Below are positions 47,724 through 57,221 of a stretch of 64,000 nucleotides of DNA, in pieces. The stretch is taken from NCBI GenBank assembly GCA_036676395.1, contig JAKFCY010000002.1:1152001-1216000 (forward strand). The letters run 5' to 3'. Position 1 is the first letter of the stretch. Each line of letters opens with the position of its first letter. Below the pieces are notes generated by a model that saw nothing but the letters and a program-made list of their open reading frames with translations, was not told the origin of the DNA and searched no databases. The DNA is from Bdellovibrio sp. GTDB lineage: Bacteria; Bdellovibrionota; Bdellovibrionia; Bdellovibrionales; Bdellovibrionaceae. A program made the position numbers and the translations under genes.

Positions 47724-48077
47724 ATGGCAGGACAAAACATCGGAAATTCAACAGTCACTAAAGCTGATATCGTTGAAAAAGTTTATGAGAAAATTGGTTT
47801 TTCTAAAAAAGAAGCCAGTGAACTTGTTGAGCTTGTTTTCAATTCGCTGAAAGATACTTTACACAGTGGTGAAAAAGTTAAAATTTCAGGATTTGGTAAC
47901 TTTGTTGTTCGTGGCAAAAGCGAGCGCAATGGTCGTAATCCACAAACTGGTGAGCAAATTAAAATTTCTGCTCGCCGTGTTTTAACTTTCAGACCGAGCC
48001 AAGTGCTAAAAGCCATGTTGAATGGTGAAGAGTACGAACATCTAATCGGTAAAGAAGACGAGGAAGATGATGAATAA
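47724..48077 (+). CDS. ihfA: Integration host factor alpha subunit
   Basis: TKADIVE, VKISGFGNF, GRNPQTGE and ARRVLTFRPSQ motifs; directly after pheT. Confidence 0.95.
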   Translation: MAGQNIGNSTVTKADIVEKVYEKIGFSKKEASELVELVFNSLKDTLHSGEKVKISGFGNFVVRGKSERNGRNPQTGEQIKISARRVLTFRPSQVLKAMLNGEEYEHLIGKEDEEDDE

Positions 48078-48693
48078 TAACAACGAAAATAATCCTTCAG
48101 GTGGTAATAAACCTGAAGATCAAAAAAACTCAGCTGCACATTACGAAGTTTTTCAAACTGAATTTGAGCTACAGTTAGAAGATAATTTTTTATCTGAAGA
48201 AGAAGCAGCAGCTCCGACAGAAGTTGAAAAAAACAAAGAGGCTTTAGAGACGCAAAGAAATCTAAAATCAGATGCTGAAGCTTTTCCGAGTGTTTTAGTT
48301 GATGACCAGCTGATGCAAGAGATCGCTTCGATTCCAGATCGTTTCGGTTTTAAAATTGGTGATGTCGCAGATTTATTAGGAATCAAACAATATGTTCTTC
48401 GTTATTGGGAACAAGAATTTGAATTATTAAAACCTAAAAAAGCTTCGAACAACCAACGTTTTTACACGAAAAAAGACGTCGAAAATGCGTTTCTAATCCG
48501 TAAACTTTTATACCGCGATAAGTTCTCGATCGAAGGGGCTCGCCAGGCCTTAAAAGATGTAAAATTCGTCGTAAAAAAAGAAAAAGACAAAGAAAAGGAT
48601 TTTTCTTCGGTTATTCAAAAGATGGATTTTGTACAGGATCAGATCCGTAATTTCGTCTCTGAAATCAGAAAAACTAAGAATTTCTTCAATTAG
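48067..48693 (+). CDS. MerR family transcriptional regulator with acidic N-terminal extension
   Basis: FKIGDVA, YVLRYWEQEF and FSIEGAR motifs; common ihfA-MerR linkage. Confidence 0.9.
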   Translation: MMNNNNENNPSGGNKPEDQKNSAAHYEVFQTEFELQLEDNFLSEEEAAAPTEVEKNKEALETQRNLKSDAEAFPSVLVDDQLMQEIASIPDRFGFKIGDVADLLGIKQYVLRYWEQEFELLKPKKASNNQRFYTKKDVENAFLIRKLLYRDKFSIEGARQALKDVKFVVKKEKDKEKDFSSVIQKMDFVQDQIRNFVSEIRKTKNFFN

Positions 48694-48731
48694 CTTGTTA
48701 TTTTTAGAGGGGGGGCTTATCACAGTCCTCT

Positions 48732-50120
48732 ATGAAAAATGACCAACCTAATGCTCTCGCGCTACAAACCGCAACTACTAAACTATTTTCTGATTTAGAC
48801 CTTATTGAGCCACTTCAACGTGCGCTTCGTGACCTTAACTACGAAAACCCAACTCCTATCCAAGAACAAGCTATTCCAATCCTATTAGCCGGTAAAGACT
48901 TACTAGGCTGTGCTCAAACGGGTACGGGTAAGACAGCAGCATTTGCTTTGCCATTACTGCAAAATTTAGCGAAATCTAAAAACCGCCCAGGCCGCCGCCA
49001 AGCTTTAGTGTTGGTGTTAGCCCCTACGCGTGAATTAGCCCTGCAGATCCATCAAAGTTTTGAAGAATACGGTCGCTACCTAGATTTAAAAACTGCCGTG
49101 ATTTTCGGTGGTGTTGGTCAAGGTCCGCAAGTTAAAGCCTTATCAAATGGCGTAGACGTGTTAGTGGCGACTCCAGGCCGCTTATTTGACCTATTAGAAC
49201 AAAAACATGTGTATTTAGATAAAGTGCAAGCGTTCGTGCTAGATGAAGCCGATCGCATGATGGATATGGGTTTTATTAACGATATTCAAAAAATTCTTAA
49301 GATCTTACCTAAACAGCGTCATAACTTATTTTTCTCGGCAACAATGCCAGCAGATATTTCTAAGCTTGCCAATAACATCTTAGTTAATCCAGTGCGCGTA
49401 GAAGTAACTCCGGTCGCAACAACGGCTGAAAAAATTGAACAGTGGTTGATGTATGTTGATAAGCCACAAAAACGCGATTTATTAAAACACTTATTAGATG
49501 ATAAGGCTTTTAAACGCGTGATCGTATTCACTCGCACTAAGCACGGGGCTAATAAGGTTGCTGAAGTTTTACTTAAATATAAAATCACATCTGCAGCAAT
49601 TCATGGAAACAAATCTCAAAATGCTCGCCAAAGAGCTTTAGAAGATTTCCGCTCTGGTCACTGCCGTGTACTTATTGCTACTGATATCGCAGCTCGTGGT
49701 ATTGACGTTGATGATATTACTCACGTGATTAACTTTGAAATTCCTAATGTTCCTGAAAACTATGTTCACCGTATCGGTCGTACTGCTCGTGCAGGACGCG
49801 AAGGTATCGCTATTTCTTTTTGTGATGCCGAAGAAAAATCATTCATCCGTGATATCGAAAAAACGATGGGAAAAACTATTCCTGTTGTGACTAAGCAGCC
49901 TTTTCATTCTAAAGCCGTTGAACTTGCAGCTTTAATGTCGCCGGGTAAAGCGAAAGCTAAACTTGAAGCTTCGGAACGCGGATCTCGCGGTGGTGGTGGA
50001 AACCGTCAACGTCGCGGTGGCGGCGGCGGTCAACGCCGTAGTGGCAGTGGTGGTGGGGGCGGATCTGGTGGTCCGCGCACTGGGTTTCGTGGAAATTCGG
50101 GACAATCACGGTCGAACTAA
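48732..50120 (+). CDS. rhlE: DEAD-box RNA helicase (RhlE-like)
   Basis: Q motif, AQTGTGKT, PTRELA, DEAD, SAT, ARGID and HRIGRTAR; Gly/Arg-rich tail. Confidence 0.9.
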   Translation: MKNDQPNALALQTATTKLFSDLDLIEPLQRALRDLNYENPTPIQEQAIPILLAGKDLLGCAQTGTGKTAAFALPLLQNLAKSKNRPGRRQALVLVLAPTRELALQIHQSFEEYGRYLDLKTAVIFGGVGQGPQVKALSNGVDVLVATPGRLFDLLEQKHVYLDKVQAFVLDEADRMMDMGFINDIQKILKILPKQRHNLFFSATMPADISKLANNILVNPVRVEVTPVATTAEKIEQWLMYVDKPQKRDLLKHLLDDKAFKRVIVFTRTKHGANKVAEVLLKYKITSAAIHGNKSQNARQRALEDFRSGHCRVLIATDIAARGIDVDDITHVINFEIPNVPENYVHRIGRTARAGREGIAISFCDAEEKSFIRDIEKTMGKTIPVVTKQPFHSKAVELAALMSPGKAKAKLEASERGSRGGGGNRQRRGGGGGQRRSGSGGGGGSGGPRTGFRGNSGQSRSN

Positions 50121-50228
50121 CAGTCCAATTCTGACTGCAAGTAAAGCATTACAGATAATTGCAGAAATTCTGCAGCGAATAGAGTAAAAGTACTAGTCTA
50201 TCTAAAAAACTTTGGATAGGCTTTACTG

Positions 50229-51248
50229 ATGAAGACACTTATCTCCCTTTTATTTGTTTCTTTATTTGTTCAATCAACCTACGCACGTAACTGGGATAGA
50301 ATCCAAATTCCGGGAGCCGTTTGCGGCGATGGGCTTCCTTATACGGTCTTTGTTGATCCAAAAGCTAATTCAAAAAATCTACTGGTTGAGTTTATGGGCG
50401 GCGGTGTTTGCTGGGATTTTGATACCTGCTACGGAGTCGATTTTAGCGGAATCAATTTCAGAACTTGGATGCATCCATTAGTAGAAGTTCCATTTTATAG
50501 CTACATGACCAGCGATATGTGGTTGGTTTCAGACCACCCATTTGTAAAAGACTCAGCGATTTATTTACCGTATTGCACAGGTGATGTGTTTTCAGCGGAT
50601 CACCAAGCTAACTATTCTGGAGTTCCTGCCTATCACCAAGGTTACCGTAATATTTTAATGACGTTTGCCTATCTTCAGAAAAAGAACATGATCAATTTTA
50701 GTAAAATTGAGCGCTTAACAGTTTGGGGAGCTTCAGCAGGTGGTATCGGGGCTTTTGTTCATTTAAGAAATATTGAGCCGTATTTTCCGAAAGCTAATAA
50801 AATTGCGATCATCGATAGTGCTGGTCTTCATTTCGGAAAAAACTTCTGGCACAAGTTTACACCGCGTTTATTCAGTGATTTTTCAAAGGCCTTTGCCGAA
50901 GCGGGTGTGCAGTTAAACTATAATGATGGCTTCATCGCTCAGCATATGGGGCCAGTATTAAATAACTTAAAACAATGGACGATTGGCATTATGCAATCAA
51001 CTCGAGACGGCGTTATGTCGACGGCCTTCGGAGATATTTCGCCCGAGAATCATCGCCAGCTTGTCTTGTCTAATCGTGGAATAGCGGCAGTTGCGCGGCC
51101 ATATCCAAACACAAGTGTTTGGATTGCAGATTCGGATCAACATACGTTTTTATTATTACCAACGACTGCAGAAGCGCAGGATATACACAACCAATCCGCA
51201 ATTAATTTCGTAAATTACATCATACAAAAAGCCACTGTTTTAAAATAG
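50229..51248 (+). CDS. Exported pectinacetylesterase/Notum-family esterase
   Basis: AVCGDG, GGGVCWD, PYCTGD, nucleophile GASAGG, DSAG and a C-terminal His; signal peptide. Confidence 0.8.
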   Translation: MKTLISLLFVSLFVQSTYARNWDRIQIPGAVCGDGLPYTVFVDPKANSKNLLVEFMGGGVCWDFDTCYGVDFSGINFRTWMHPLVEVPFYSYMTSDMWLVSDHPFVKDSAIYLPYCTGDVFSADHQANYSGVPAYHQGYRNILMTFAYLQKKNMINFSKIERLTVWGASAGGIGAFVHLRNIEPYFPKANKIAIIDSAGLHFGKNFWHKFTPRLFSDFSKAFAEAGVQLNYNDGFIAQHMGPVLNNLKQWTIGIMQSTRDGVMSTAFGDISPENHRQLVLSNRGIAAVARPYPNTSVWIADSDQHTFLLLPTTAEAQDIHNQSAINFVNYIIQKATVLK

Positions 51249-51261
51249 TGGCCAATTAGAA

Positions 51262-52542
51262 TTATAATCCGCCAACGTTAACCAGGTAAGATTCTTTACC
51301 TAAAACGCTTTCCATTTTTTTAAGAATCGTCATCCATTGAAAATTACGGTTATCAGTGCCGACTAGATAGTTTAAAAATTCTTTTAGCACTAAGGGTGAA
51401 GTGTGAAAGTACGACGATAGGCCGTTAGTCACCACATCGATATTAGTCTTCGTCTTGTAAGCATTAAAGTGATCAAGGTAATACGAATAGCTCGAGCACG
51501 AATCAAAGTAGTAGATCTGTTTTTTATTCGGAAAAACGAATTTGCCGGCTTTTCTTTCAAGGTCTGGAATATTAAGGTTTCCGCCAAGGCCTGAGTGGCC
51601 TTCATAGATAATTGCATCAGCTCGGGCGACTGCTTGTTTAAAGAACTCAGCAAAAACTTTAGATTTTGATTCGATAGCGGTTTCAACTAATAAGCTTTTA
51701 ATTTCGATTCTGATCGTTTCGCCAGTCGATAAAACTACAGTTTTTTTATAGAGGTTTAAAGGGTAGGGCGTATTTTTTTTGAGGCGCTCAACCGAAAAAC
51801 CCTTATCCATTAAATAGGCGTGGGCATCTTGGTAATTAATGCGACCATCGTCTTCAGGGTCTTTTTTATCTTCTGAAAAACCGTGAATTAAATAAATTGA
51901 AAATAAATCGCCATTGCCGTTATCACCACGAAGCAGCGGTAATTCAGCCGAACGTTGAATATTACGGCTTCTGGATTTTTTCACCTGAATAACTACGTTT
52001 TGTGCTAATGGGTCTTGTGATAAACGTTCACAACCTTCGCGGTACGGGTCATAGAAATACCAAAAATCACCGAAGGTATCATAGTGTGAATCGGTACATT
52101 TTTTACGGTAAATTTTAAATGGGTTTGTCGGTAGCGGAACATTAAAGTGGCCTTTGGCTAACACCTTTTCTGCGGCGTTGTTATGAAGAATCATTTGGCC
52201 TGTGTTTTTATAGTGAACGCGCACAAATGACTGTTGGTTTTTTTGAAAGACTTCTTCGGCTAAGATTAGAATTTCTGATTGTGATTTTGGGCCGCCGATA
52301 CCGTGAATATTATTTGAATTAATACCCATACGCTCGATTATTGTAGGCGAACTAAAAATGCCGAACATGTGCTGGGCTTGAAACTGGGCGGCCGTGATCG
52401 AATCATTGAATGATTCATCCAGTGGAACTTCGACGATCGCTTCATAAGTGAAATCGACTTCGGTTGCATTTGGCGACAAGATCTGCGCCGATAGTGAAAC
52501 TGTACTTGTTAAAATGAATAAGCATAGGCCCAGAAGTTTCAT
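51262..52542 (-). CDS. Exported hypothetical protein, candidate clan CD (caspase/gingipain-fold) peptidase
   Basis: Signal peptide from MKLLG; IIYEGHSG and IYYFDSCSS place His and Cys 33 residues apart. Confidence 0.5.
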   Translation of the reverse strand: MKLLGLCLFILTSTVSLSAQILSPNATEVDFTYEAIVEVPLDESFNDSITAAQFQAQHMFGIFSSPTIIERMGINSNNIHGIGGPKSQSEILILAEEVFQKNQQSFVRVHYKNTGQMILHNNAAEKVLAKGHFNVPLPTNPFKIYRKKCTDSHYDTFGDFWYFYDPYREGCERLSQDPLAQNVVIQVKKSRSRNIQRSAELPLLRGDNGNGDLFSIYLIHGFSEDKKDPEDDGRINYQDAHAYLMDKGFSVERLKKNTPYPLNLYKKTVVLSTGETIRIEIKSLLVETAIESKSKVFAEFFKQAVARADAIIYEGHSGLGGNLNIPDLERKAGKFVFPNKKQIYYFDSCSSYSYYLDHFNAYKTKTNIDVVTNGLSSYFHTSPLVLKEFLNYLVGTDNRNFQWMTILKKMESVLGKESYLVNVGGL

Positions 52543-52543
52543 A

Positions 52544-53356
52544 CTATTTTTTACTCTCAACCGATTCTACGTTGTTGCCCCCGATAGACTTTAAAGTTAG
52601 TTCGCCGTCACCATAGATTTCTGTAGCGACAAATAAATTAATTTGTGGGGCAGAGATAACCATGCCAGATGCGTTTTCACCCAAAGTAGTGATCGTGTTT
52701 TTTTCGGCAAGCACTAAGGTATTAGATTCTAAACGAATGCTGCCAGTGAACTTTTGCATAATAAGAGATGCATTTTTCAACATGATATCACTAGCTGTTA
52801 CACTAAAGCCGTAGCTTAAATTACTAATTTTGTGTTCGCCGCAGATGAAAACGCGGCTAGCGCTTAAACTGATACTAACAGCGGTAAGGTCTACTTTATC
52901 TGAAATATCAGTTAAGCCAGCAATTTCAGATTCGGCTAACTCACAACCTAGATTGATATATGACTTTTCAGCTTCAGTTTGTTTCACGGTAGCCGTGGTT
53001 GAAACAAGGTTTTCTGCGGTCATTGTGCTTAAGTCTATTAAATTTTTCGCAGTGACTGTGCTTGATCCAGATTTATTCAAACCTGCACTCTGAGAAATCG
53101 TAATACGAGAATCTATTTTTTCACTGTCTAGTACAGCGACCCCATTTAAAGCAATTCGCCCGGGCTGTCCGCCATCAGTTAAAAATTCAAGTTTAGTCGT
53201 AGAATCGCGCAAGATCTTATCCATGTCTTCTTGGCTTTGTCTGATGATATCAGCAATCTTTTTATCATGGTCTTCGTGAGTTTGTGATTTTGTACAACCA
53301 GTGAATACGATTGCCGCTGTTGTTAATAACAATGAGATTGAGATAAATTTTTTCAT
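52544..53356 (-). CDS. Hypothetical lipoprotein
   Basis: Lipobox FTGC; beta-rich C-terminal half. Confidence 0.65.
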   Translation of the reverse strand: MKKFISISLLLTTAAIVFTGCTKSQTHEDHDKKIADIIRQSQEDMDKILRDSTTKLEFLTDGGQPGRIALNGVAVLDSEKIDSRITISQSAGLNKSGSSTVTAKNLIDLSTMTAENLVSTTATVKQTEAEKSYINLGCELAESEIAGLTDISDKVDLTAVSISLSASRVFICGEHKISNLSYGFSVTASDIMLKNASLIMQKFTGSIRLESNTLVLAEKNTITTLGENASGMVISAPQINLFVATEIYGDGELTLKSIGGNNVESVESKK

Positions 53357-53449
53357 AGACGTGTTTATAACAAATCTAAGACTAGATTAGTGAATTATCT
53401 GTAGAAGTAGGTGAATCCTATAGGTTCGTCAAAACTTTAGACACTTAGG

Positions 53450-53785
53450 TTATTGAGTTTTACTCTCTAAACGCGCAATACGTGCTTCAAGCTCTTTAAT
53501 TTTATCGACTAAGGCTTGTTGGTACTTGATTTCGGCCTGATCTAAGTTGGGAGATTGAGCCTCGTTTATTTGGTCTGCTGCTTCGGCTAGTTTTGCGAGC
53601 TGGGTTTCTTGAATTTTTTTAAGTTGCTGAATTTGGGTTTGCATATTCAGTAACCCTTTTTTCATGTTGGCTATTTTAGGCGGAAATTCGCCGGTGACTA
53701 AGCAGTAGCTGGCGATGAACATGATTGCTGCGAATAGAAGGGTAACGATTAGTTTTTTCAGTACTTCAGAGAAGAATTTTTTCAT
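53450..53785 (-). CDS. Small membrane-anchored coiled-coil protein
   Basis: N-terminal TM, TGEFPP, coiled-coil tail. Confidence 0.6.
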   Translation of the reverse strand: MKKFFSEVLKKLIVTLLFAAIMFIASYCLVTGEFPPKIANMKKGLLNMQTQIQQLKKIQETQLAKLAEAADQINEAQSPNLDQAEIKYQQALVDKIKELEARIARLESKTQ

Positions 53786-53788
53786 GAG

Positions 53789-54988
53789 TTATGTAGCTTC
53801 TTTTTTGAAAAGGTCAAGGTAGCTGATGGCATATAAGAAATAAATCAGAGTTGATGTTTGCGCCATAAAAAGCATTTCGAATTGGCCAGCGACTAACATG
53901 AATAAAATAATTGGTAAAAATAACTGCTTAGCTAGTTTGTTTGAATGCAAAAGCAATTCTTTGCACCATAAACCTAGCCAAGCTAAAAAGGCCAATAAAC
54001 CAACGATTCCCATATTAGCTGCCATTTCAAGATACACGTTATGAGAGTGCTCAATATAATGTTTATTTTCTAAATTATATTTTTCTTTTATTTCTTTAAC
54101 GTGAAACTTCAATTGCTGCGGGCCAAACCCCAAAATAGGACGTTCTTTAAAGGCGTGAATAGCAGATAAATATTGCGACATGCGCTCGCTGTTAGATGCG
54201 CTATTTGAGCCCAATAAAAAGCGCGAGCGGGCGCTGCCACCCATGAGGGCTACAATCACCATTAGGCTGATGAATGCGGCTGAAACTAATGCAATTATAA
54301 TAGCAATACGTTTATTGAAAAAGAAAAACACAACAGGAAGACCTATCAAAAAACCTAGCATTGCACCGCGGGTATACGACATATATAACCCTATAAATCC
54401 AATAACAAAAACTAGGTAAAGGTAAACTTTGTTAAGCGTTGGAAGTTTTTTTGAATTCAGGCAAATTGTCAACAGCGCTAAGAGAACCATGGCTGAGCCA
54501 TAGCCGTAGCGCATAACATCGGTAAAGCCACCAAGGCGAAAATCGTTGCTGTTGAGTAAATTGGGAGCAATATTAACTCTTGTAAAACCGTAGATAAAAG
54601 CAATAACAATAGTTGCCAGAAAAATATTAAATGCAATCCGCGAATGTTTTTTTAAGAACTCATTGTTTTGTAATTTTTGATGGCGAAATACAATTAAAGC
54701 TAAAATGCCCGATAATGGATATTTAATGATTCCGATTGAACGAAATTTTTCTTCAAGTTCGACAAAGTTTACGGTTGCAGATAAGAGTTGAACGCCAATA
54801 AAACTTAATAAGGCTAAAGTGCTTGCAGGTAAATTTTTAAAATCAATTTCTTTACGAATAAAAAACAAAACAAAAACAATGAGTATGAGTAATTGGTATA
54901 TTGAGATAAATGAAACGGAAGCAAAAATCGCCATAGCTAAAGCATAGAAAGAGATGGCTGTAAATCTAATGGCGTACTTATCGGTCAT
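53789..54988 (-). CDS. O-antigen ligase family protein
   Basis: Multi-TM; SYTRGA, PILGFG and HSHNVYLEMAANMGIVG motifs. Confidence 0.88.
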   Translation of the reverse strand: MTDKYAIRFTAISFYALAMAIFASVSFISIYQLLILIVFVLFFIRKEIDFKNLPASTLALLSFIGVQLLSATVNFVELEEKFRSIGIIKYPLSGILALIVFRHQKLQNNEFLKKHSRIAFNIFLATIVIAFIYGFTRVNIAPNLLNSNDFRLGGFTDVMRYGYGSAMVLLALLTICLNSKKLPTLNKVYLYLVFVIGFIGLYMSYTRGAMLGFLIGLPVVFFFFNKRIAIIIALVSAAFISLMVIVALMGGSARSRFLLGSNSASNSERMSQYLSAIHAFKERPILGFGPQQLKFHVKEIKEKYNLENKHYIEHSHNVYLEMAANMGIVGLLAFLAWLGLWCKELLLHSNKLAKQLFLPIILFMLVAGQFEMLFMAQTSTLIYFLYAISYLDLFKKEAT

Positions 54989-55059
54989 AAAGTCTCCTGC
55001 GATCAGCTTATGATTCAGGAAACTTTATAACCAGTCAACGCCCGGACGGCTACAAGTTA

Positions 55060-55677
55060 TTACTTGCACCTTCTCCAAGACATAACAAAAGTTGAATTAA
55101 CGCCAGTATCAACAGAATCTAAGTTAATTTGTGCAATTGAACGATCTTTTGTGTTTGGAAAGTAAGCTACCTGTAGTTCAGATAGTAATTGGATAGTTTG
55201 TACACGTTGATTACACGGCGAGAAAACTATGCGGCCCGGTTTTTGGCGAACAGAAACAGCATAATCATCCGCAATTGGTCCTTTTAATTGAGCTTCGCGA
55301 GCTGAAACAATTGGCTGCCCAGGGATGATTTGAGTAAAACGGTGTAAACCGTAAGCTGAAACAGGAAGTGCAGCAAAACCACGGTAATCAGTTTGTTCTA
55401 ATCCGTATTGGTAACCTTGCGGCACATCAACATCAATTAAAACGCGGCAACTCTTTCTAAGGCTTGTAGACTGAGGGTTTTCAGAACCGTTACCGATATC
55501 GACTTTAAAATTATCAAAAAGAACAGATAGCGTTTTACCATCTGAAGTCGTTGTGGCCCATGCCGTAGATTCGCTACAACCAGTTCCGGTCATTCTGACC
55601 CCACGGATAGTTACGCTTTGAGCTTGTGCTATCGCCGCAAAACCGAATAAACCTGCTAATAGAATAATCATTTTCAT
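55060..55677 (-). CDS. DUF4360-like exported protein
   Basis: GTGC, LSVLFDNF, RKSCRV and DYRGFAAL motifs; start MKMII after GGGG. Confidence 0.75.
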   Translation of the reverse strand: MKMIILLAGLFGFAAIAQAQSVTIRGVRMTGTGCSESTAWATTTSDGKTLSVLFDNFKVDIGNGSENPQSTSLRKSCRVLIDVDVPQGYQYGLEQTDYRGFAALPVSAYGLHRFTQIIPGQPIVSAREAQLKGPIADDYAVSVRQKPGRIVFSPCNQRVQTIQLLSELQVAYFPNTKDRSIAQINLDSVDTGVNSTFVMSWRRCK

Positions 55678-55830
55678 TAAATTCCCCCTGGTAGTGTTAG
55701 TTAGTCTATTTTTCAAGCTAGCGCGTTGGTGTCGCGATGGCCTCAAAAATAGGGTCCTAACATAGTCTTAGCAATCAAAAAGCCAAAAGTTTATTGCCCT
55801 GAAAGCGAAGGCTTTATAGACTCGGGGCTT

Positions 55831-57219
55831 ATGAATTTACTTCCTGTGATTATGAGTGGTGGAAGTGGAACTCGCCTTTGGCCAGTTTCACGCGCAAAAT
55901 TTCCGAAACAGTTCTGTGAACTATTAGATGAACCGTTACATACGATGACTTTGAATCGTTTAAAAAAATATGGCCCAAACTTAGTCGTTACAAACATTAA
56001 GTTTCAAGATCTTACTGAGCGCGATATTCGCACCAATGGCTTTAACGTCGAGAAAGTTCTTTATGAACCAACTCCTCGTAATACGGCAGCGGCGATTGGT
56101 TTAGTTTGTAAGTATTTACAGTTTCAAAATAAGCTAGATCAAGTTGTCGGAGTATTTTCGTCAGATAATCTTATTTTAGATGAAAAATCGTTTCACGAAG
56201 CTTTAGCCGTAGCCACAAAAACAGCAAGCACTGGTTCGGTGGTTGTGCTTGGTATTAAGCCAGATCGTCCAGAAACTGGATTTGGTTATATTCAGGTAAA
56301 AAACCGTGCGATTGGTACAAAAGAAGCCACTGAAGTTTTAAAGTTTCACGAAAAACCATCGGTTAATAATGCCAATGAGTTTTTAAATGCCGGTACATAT
56401 TTTTGGAATGCCGGAATTTTTATCTTTCGTGTAGAAAACATGATTCAGCATTTTAAAAAGCTTGAGCCTGAAATTTGGAATCATTTAGAAAAATTAAAGT
56501 CTGATCTATCAAACTTAAATGAAGTTTATAAAGATATCAAAAATATCTCGATTGATTATGCGATCTTAGAAAAACTAACATCGCCTGAATTAATGTGTGT
56601 AACTTGTGATATTGGCTGGTCAGATTTAGGTTCGTGGGATTCGTTAATGGAGATCCGCGAGGGCGTACAAAACAAAGGCCTTCAAAATATTCAAGTCTCT
56701 AGTAAAAATAATTCGGTATTTCCGTTAGAGAACAAAGCTTATAGTTTTGTCGGTGTTGATGATCTTATGGTTATTGATACGGTAGATGCACTGCTAGTTT
56801 GTAAAAAGAACGAATCACAAAAAGTTAAAGATGTGGTCGATCGCTTAAAAGTGACTAGCCCAGAATTAACTGAAGAACACGTTTTTGAAAATCGGCCTTG
56901 GGGTAAGTTCGAAATCTTAAAAGATCAAGATTATTACAAATCTAAAGTTATCCGCGTAGATGCGGGGCAAAAAATTTCTTATCAGTCACATGCCAAACGT
57001 GCTGAACACTGGATTATCGTAAAAGGTGAAGCCGTAGTTATTTTAGATGATAAAGAAGTTCCGTTAAAAACTGGCCAGCATATTTTTATCCCGCAGGGTG
57101 CAAAACATCGTATTATTAATAATTCGAAAGCCGCGGTAGAATTTATCGAGGTTCAAGTTGGTTCGTATTTTGGTGAAGATGACATTGTTCGTTACCAAGA
57201 TGATTACGGCCGTAACTAA
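55831..57219 (+). CDS. manC: Mannose-1-phosphate guanylyltransferase/mannose-6-phosphate isomerase
   Basis: GGSGTRLWPVSR..PKQF, RNTAAA, GWSDLGSW and RPWG cupin domain. Confidence 0.95.
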   Translation: MNLLPVIMSGGSGTRLWPVSRAKFPKQFCELLDEPLHTMTLNRLKKYGPNLVVTNIKFQDLTERDIRTNGFNVEKVLYEPTPRNTAAAIGLVCKYLQFQNKLDQVVGVFSSDNLILDEKSFHEALAVATKTASTGSVVVLGIKPDRPETGFGYIQVKNRAIGTKEATEVLKFHEKPSVNNANEFLNAGTYFWNAGIFIFRVENMIQHFKKLEPEIWNHLEKLKSDLSNLNEVYKDIKNISIDYAILEKLTSPELMCVTCDIGWSDLGSWDSLMEIREGVQNKGLQNIQVSSKNNSVFPLENKAYSFVGVDDLMVIDTVDALLVCKKNESQKVKDVVDRLKVTSPELTEEHVFENRPWGKFEILKDQDYYKSKVIRVDAGQKISYQSHAKRAEHWIIVKGEAVVILDDKEVPLKTGQHIFIPQGAKHRIINNSKAAVEFIEVQVGSYFGEDDIVRYQDDYGRN

Positions 57220-57221
57220 TT

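Noticed and set aside
47783..48139. 118-aa minus-strand ORF with poly-Ser
   Set aside because: Antisense to ihfA/MerR; the poly-Ser mirrors the acidic GAA/GAT codons on the plus strand.
48694..48731. tRNA-Pro often found after ihfA-MerR
   Set aside because: The interval is only 38 nt and has no cloverleaf.
49975..50100. GGT/GGC-rich repeats at the end of the helicase gene
   Set aside because: Ordinary Gly/Arg-rich coding tail of a DEAD-box helicase, not a DNA repeat array.
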